Source: Monocercomonoides exilis PA203 (Eukaryota; Protista; Preaxostyla). Taken from it: a stretch of 64,000 nt of DNA. This document shows, piece after piece, positions 61,201 to 64,000 of this stretch; positions within the stretch are counted from its first letter, which is position 1, and every line of letters begins with the position of its first letter. The DNA is taken from contig LSRY02000008.1 in assembly GCA_001643675.2 (NCBI GenBank), positions 1,860,001 through 1,924,000 on the forward strand, read 5' to 3'. Below the pieces are notes generated by a model. That model was not told the origin of the DNA. It did no database searches and worked only from the letters and a program-made list of their open reading frames with translations. The translations under genes and the position numbers were made by a program.

Positions 61201-61543
61201 CTCTTCGTCAACTGACGAAGAGCAAGATGAGGAGGACTACAGTCTGAACTCAAAGTCTGACAACATCGAGAGCGAAAAAGGAATCAGGATCAGGTTGGAA
61301 AAACCTAATCTGCAATATGACAACAAAAGCCAAACGATCTACAACGACGAAGAAGAACCATCAAAGCCAGACTACGTGGAGGAGCCAGACGAGAACAGTC
61401 ATAAAGAGTATGAAAGAAGGAATTTTCGTGAGAAAAGACTAGTTGGAGAAGTTGTCCAGAAGAAAACAATTGAGATAACAATTAAAACCAGAGCGCAAGC
61501 CAAACGTGAGCAACTCGAACAATTGCTGAGGGATGACAAATAA
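58068..61543 (+). CDS. DIRS tyrosine recombinase ORF overlapping pol (~1157 aa after correcting two +1 homopolymer frameshifts)
   Basis: SSLSPSTW..Y N-terminal domain, ACRFTEL (catalytic R), LKT, ICPA, PYSIKHAS, ARLS and INYY. Track ORFs 57972-59462, the 3' part of 58123-60777 and 60659-61543 join when one C (59397-59401) and one A (60646-60649) are removed. Confidence 0.85.
58123..60112 (+). CDS. DIRS pol: reverse transcriptase - RNase H - DAM-like methyltransferase domain (one +1 frameshift at 59397-59401)
   Basis: RT motifs VGGRTEYF..W, WRQIIDCRALN, LDLSQAY, MPFG..SPRIF, YLDD (58816-58827) and YLG. RNase H motifs TTDAS, SSNYRE (after removing one C), SDNSTSV and HIPGQRNERADSLSR. MT motifs LDAFAT, HPPIPLI and PDWKGQIW. 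Confidence 0.93.
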
Positions 61544-61593
61544 GAGGTCAATCAAATAATAACAACAGCAGAGTATTCTCCCAATTATGGAAC

Positions 61594-61700
61594 TCTCTCG
61601 TAAATAGAAGAGAAGGAAGTGAGAGAATGTTTTCTTTTAAATCAAAGTGCTTGCGCTTTGATTGAAAAAGAAAATGTGAATCTCACTTCCCTTCTCTTCT
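61594..61700 (+). other. DIRS internal complementary region (ICR)
   Basis: 61594-61662 is the reverse complement of the left end 57255-57323. 61662-61690 is the reverse complement of the right end 61930-61958. Confidence 0.95.
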
Positions 61701-61875
61701 TCCCGCCTCGATACACTCCCACCCTTATTATAAACAGATTCTGTTAATGACCCATCTTCCTTCTTCTTCAGGCGTGATATGTAATGAGCGCCATAACATT
61801 GTTATGTTTTTTAATGTTTCTATCCTTTTTAGCTATTTCACATCACCGTTGTAATCTATTACTATTTTGCATTTC

Positions 61876-61957
61876 AGATCAGTTGGGTGACTGACCCTTA
61901 AGTGATGATCTCTCGTAAATAGAAGAGAAGGAAGTGAGATTCACATTTTCTTTTTCA
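61876..61957 (-). repeat. DIRS right inverted terminal repeat with unique 3' extension
   Basis: GTGACTGACCCTTAAG...GAAGTGAGA followed by the extension TTCACATTTTCTTTTTCA. Confidence 0.93.
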
Positions 61958-64000
61958 AGTATTCCCTTCTAAATCGCTCCCACAGATGGAGTTGTTTGTG
62001 CCCAATGATTCCTGGTTGTAGTCAAGAGTGAACAGTGTTTCGTTGACCTGTCGAGCAATTGAATGGCATTTGATGAATATGTCTTTCCCAACAAAAGCCT
62101 CATTCATATAAAACATGATATTCACAATTTTGATCCTCAGGAGTGGTATCTGACTTTCATCATTAATGTTAACATTTGGATCGGCTCCATCGATAAACAG
62201 CCCTCCACCACGCCCCGATACCGTCGAGCATTTGCACATCGAAAACGTGCTCCCATCAACCTTCAAAACTGATTCTTCACCCTTCAGCATCACTTTCATT
62301 CCTCCTCCTTCAGTGCTCAAATCGCTCCTGCACTTGGACATTGTGCAGTCTTCTATCGTGCATTCCATCGCATAATCAAACGATCCCAATTCAATCGCAC
62401 TTGCTCTACTTCCTTCGTTCATGATGTTTTCAAGCGAACAGTACACAACTTTCAACACAGGCTTGTTGCCATTCAAATGAGTGTTTTCATTTTCATTCAT
62501 CTGGTTTTCCTCTTCTATCATCGAAATCAGGCTGTTTGCTGTCAAAGTGGCTGATGAAATGTTCACATTCTGGTTTGTCACCTGGCTCGCACTTTGGCTG
62601 AAAGCAATGAATCCTTTCAATTCGTTGATCTTATTCAACGTGCAGCTCTGAATTGCTGCGCTCCCTCCGTTCACTTTTATCACACAATATGCAAAACTTT
62701 CAACCGTCCCACTCGATGACCCAAATGAGCAGTCTGTGACCGACAAGACTGTATTTGTTCCTGACGATTCAATGAATACTGCATGATTGGTGGTCGATCC
62801 AGGTTTGGTGAATGATAAATTGACAAATGATAGACTCACATTCGATGATATCATTGCACCATCATCCAAATCATTCTCATCTTCATCACTGATCGTCACT
62901 CCTGTCCCTTTCTTTGTCCCTTTTATCACAACTGCTGGTGCTTCTGAATCTGGCAAAGTTGGCAACGAAGACAAGAATGATATTGAATGGCTCAGCGATC
63001 CTGAATCGCCAATGCTGATCTGGGATTCGCCTTTTCCAAGTGTCGAATATCTCAGAGAAATTAAGTGGTCAATCGATGAACACGGTGCTTCAGAAAACCC
63101 ACACCCGCTGAAGTCTCCTCCTTTCTCTTTCGAAACAAACCCATCCCCACTCCAGTTCCTCCACAAATACACAACAAGCGGAATCACATATCCCTCCTCT
63201 CCTGTTGTCTTCCTCTCCCATCCACATAACTCATCCAACGACTCCAACTCCTCTGAATTCATCTCCCATTTCAGATGCTCCTCATTCACAATCTCTCTCA
63301 GATCCCATCCTGACACAAACATATTCTTTCCTTTCCACCCATCACATCCCTCATATTCCATGCTCTCCAATGAAAATGTTCCCATTTGATTTGCAAGTTC
63401 AGCAAACATCCCTCCTCCCATTCCTCTCCCTCCATTCTCAACATCCTCTGATGGCACTTCACATCCTGATAATTTCACTCCTTTCACCCTCAATGTTCCT
63501 CCGCTTCCAACTGATATCATCATCCCTCCCCCTTTCATTCCACTTCCACCTATGCATGTCGAGGATATATTGCTTTCTTCAATTTTCGCATTCCCATTAA
63601 CGCCCATCCCAACATTCAAGCATCCCCCACCTCCACTTCCACCTGCCACATTCACTTCCACTCCACACACTCTGCTATTCAAAATCTTCAATTTCACTCC
63701 ATTTGTCATCATTATTGGCGATTTCCCATTCATTGTCAGTGTCGCTCCACTTTCCATCACAAATCCATCAACAATCAGATTCCCTCCTGCCATCTCAATG
63801 ATGTTGTATCCTATTTTTCCATCGGTCAATGCCCCACTTTCAAATGAGACTGAACAGTTCGTCACATTGAGTGTTGATGTTGAATGAATGAATGCACTTC
63901 TCCTTGAACTCAACTGACCTTTCACAACAAATGAAAGTCGGCTCATTGTCAGTGAACTCGAACATCCAACAAGCCAGTCTTGTGTGGCTGATCCTCCATC
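61958..64000 (-). CDS. N-terminal/middle part of the DIRS-interrupted surface protein (5' end beyond the window)
   Basis: Open frame with GGGM, CGFSEAPCSS and GRGGGLFI repeats. It stops at a TGA supplied by the element end (61955-61957). 63359-64000 is closely similar to 2524-3165. Confidence 0.88.

Larger units (their letters stand above)
57255..61957 (+). mobile_element. Full-length DIRS1-type tyrosine-recombinase retrotransposon (4703 bp)
   Basis: Non-identical inverted termini, an internal complementary region, gag, RT/RNaseH/MT and YR ORFs, and no TSD beyond one shared A. Both boundaries are fixed independently by the ICR and by restoration of the host frame. Confidence 0.95.

Noticed and set aside
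57255-61957. Bacterial retron, DGR or prophage integrase, or an LTR/Ngaro/PAT element
   Set aside because: Inverted termini plus an ICR, RNase H and MT domains, with no DDE integrase, protease or split direct repeats, fit DIRS1.

Overview
Eukaryotic, AT-rich, transposon-dense DNA read with the standard code. The protein families resemble those of a metamonad protist such as the oxymonad Monocercomonoides; this is an inference from family style, not a search result. (1) The window holds a cluster of giant, intronless, Cys/Gly-rich beta-helix-repeat (Pmp/pectin-lyase-like) surface protein genes: one minus-strand gene running off the left edge (7107 to <1), a 4299-aa receptor-pseudokinase (16240-29139), three truncated paralogs, and one gene split by an insertion. 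(2) Three back-to-back non-coding foldback/MITE elements lie at 11.0-15.8 kb. (3) An ~18-kb inverted duplication (~34.8-52.8 kb) has a 5.1-kb hAT-type element (15-bp TIR, 8-bp TSD) inserted in its centre. (4) The highlight is a complete 4703-bp DIRS1-type tyrosine-recombinase retrotransposon (57255-61957). It has inverted termini, an internal complementary region spelling its circle junction, gag, RT-RNaseH-methyltransferase, and a recombinase ORF that overlaps the whole pol in another frame and has an atypical catalytic motif. Removing the element restores the host reading frame exactly.
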